Below, in pieces: positions 62,728-64,000 of a DNA stretch of 64,000 nucleotides. The translations under genes were made by a program, and so were the position numbers. The stretch is from an uncultured Trueperaceae bacterium. Lineage in GTDB: Bacteria; Deinococcota; Deinococci; Deinococcales; Trueperaceae. Location of the stretch: contig CAWIUY010000008.1 of assembly GCA_963839375.1 (NCBI GenBank), positions 1-64,000 of the forward strand. Reading direction: 5' to 3'. The notes beneath the pieces are model-generated. The model made no database searches. It was not told the DNA's origin and saw only the letters and a program-made list of their open reading frames with translations. The stretch's first letter is position 1, and every line of letters starts with the position of its first letter.

Positions 62728-63101
62728 TCGTCGCGGTCGGACTCGACCTGGTCGAGCTCGAACGGATCCGACGGGTGTGGCAGGCGCATCCGGAACGCTT
62801 CCTGACGCGCTGCTTCACCCCCGAAGAGGTGGCGTTCGCGCGGTCTCATCGCGATCCGGTGCCGGCGCTGGCGGCCCGCTTCGCCGCCAAGGAGGCCTTC
62901 CAGAAGACCTGGCCGGTCACGATCGGCTGGCGCGACGTCGCCGTCCAGCGCAGTGCCCGTGGGGTCCCGTCGTTGGTGTTCGCCCCCGAAGTGGCGCGCC
63001 GGCTGGAGAACGAAGGTTGGCGGGCGCACGTGTCGCTCACGCATGCCCGTGGCCACGCGGCCGCCGTCGTGGTGCTGGAGACCGTCGCAGAGGCGGACTG
63101 A
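62724..63101 (+). CDS. acpS: holo-[acyl-carrier-protein] synthase
   Basis: VGLDLVELERI...FTPEE...RFAAKEAFQK... ~125 aa; GTG overlapping rpiA stop. Confidence 0.8.
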   Translation: MIVAVGLDLVELERIRRVWQAHPERFLTRCFTPEEVAFARSHRDPVPALAARFAAKEAFQKTWPVTIGWRDVAVQRSARGVPSLVFAPEVARRLENEGWRAHVSLTHARGHAAAVVVLETVAEAD

Positions 63102-63116
63102 AGCGAACGTCCAAGC

Positions 63117-63152
63117 GACGACGCCCGACCGTCGGCGCGGTCGGGCGTCGTC
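63117..63152 (+). terminator. rho-independent terminator after acpS (15-bp GC stem, 6-nt loop, T-rich tail)
   Basis: GACGACGCCCGACCG-tcggcg-CGGTCGGGCGTCGTC-TTGCTG. Confidence 0.7.
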
Positions 63153-63255
63153 TTGCTGCGAGCTTCGTGCCGTCGCGCGTGGTGTCGTCGTGCCCGGCTT
63201 CGCGCGGTCGCCCGGCTTCGCGCGGTCGTGCCGGCTTCATCCTGTCGCGCGCGGC

Positions 63256-63852
63256 TCAGAAGCCTTCGGCGACCTCGCTCAGCGCCTCGCGGTCGAGCAG
63301 CGCGATGCTGCGGTACCCGGAGGCGATCAGGCCCTCGGCGCGCAACTCGGTGACGATCTTCGAGACCGACTCCCGGGTGCTGGCGGTGCCTTCGGCCACC
63401 AGCTCGTGCGTGGCCGAGATCACCGGTCGACCGGCGGCGTCGAGGTGGGCGAGCGGCGTGTCGGCGAGCTTGAGCAGGTAGCGGGCCACACGCTGGCGCA
63501 GGTCGCCGGTCTGCAGGTGGTACTCGTAGTCGAGCAAACGCTGCATCTGGCGCGACAGCGACCACGTGATCGCCATCAGGTCCTGCTGGTTGATCATGGC
63601 GGGGTCGATGGCCTCGATCTGGGCCGACGTGAGCGCCTCCGCCACCTCTTCGCGACGACCGTCCATGAAGGCTTCCTCGCCGAAGAAATCGCCCGGCTCG
63701 AGGTGGCGCACCGTGAGCACGCGCCCTTCGGGCGTCATGCGGGTGATGCGGACCAAGCCGTCGCGAACGCGGAACACCGACTGCGCAGCGTCTCCCGAGT
63801 GGTAGAGGGTCTGGCGGCGCTGGAACGTCAAGGTCTGCACGGGGGCCTCCAT
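63256..63852 (-). CDS. Crp/Fnr-family transcriptional regulator
   Basis: cNMP-binding beta-roll (…GDFFGEEAF…) and C-terminal HTH (…RESVSKIVTELRAEGLI…); ATG at 63852. Confidence 0.75.
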   Translation of the reverse strand: MEAPVQTLTFQRRQTLYHSGDAAQSVFRVRDGLVRITRMTPEGRVLTVRHLEPGDFFGEEAFMDGRREEVAEALTSAQIEAIDPAMINQQDLMAITWSLSRQMQRLLDYEYHLQTGDLRQRVARYLLKLADTPLAHLDAAGRPVISATHELVAEGTASTRESVSKIVTELRAEGLIASGYRSIALLDREALSEVAEGF

Positions 63853-64000
63853 GGCGCGGTCGGCGTCGGAAGACGCGGTGGGGACGAGGGGACGCGGGGC
63901 GGCGGAACGGTCGGAACGGCTCGCGAGGGTCATCGGTGGACCTCCTGGGTCGATGCGGACCGGGGGCCGCGGGAGCGAGAGGCGGACGAGCGTGGGACGG

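Overview
High-GC (~72%) bacterial chromosomal window, mostly housekeeping genes. The gene content and order (DdrA/Rad52-like protein, stand-alone recX, Skp/OmpH, separate gyrA) suggest a Deinococcus-Thermus-like organism; this is an inference only. Recognisable genes: gyrA, ftsE, two arginine clusters (argG-GNAT-argH-argA and argF-argC-argJ), ansA, proC, tgt, recX, lutABC, purH, a long PpiC-type PPIase, ffh, rpsP-KH-rimM-(GT4)-trmD, skp, pilD, lpd, leuS, mreC, maf, rpiA, acpS, a Crp/Fnr regulator, and three tRNAs (Pro-CGG, Asn-GUU, Arg-CCG). No CRISPR array, IS transposase, integrase or prophage block was seen. The most unusual locus is the class II ribonucleotide reductase gene (nrdJ). It is split at the catalytic NPC|GE motif by a ~1.2 kb lower-GC insertion carrying intein splice and LAGLIDADG-like motifs, with the reading frame broken at several points. 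Also notable: a DdrA/Rad52-like gene translationally coupled to a PPP-family phosphoesterase; a tandem duplication of the lpd 3' end; and several single-base frameshifts in conserved genes (ornithine cyclodeaminase, nucleoside hydrolase, pilD, PPIase tail), which look like homopolymer indel errors or real pseudogenes. Some start codons are uncertain because high-GC DNA yields long spurious ORFs on both strands.
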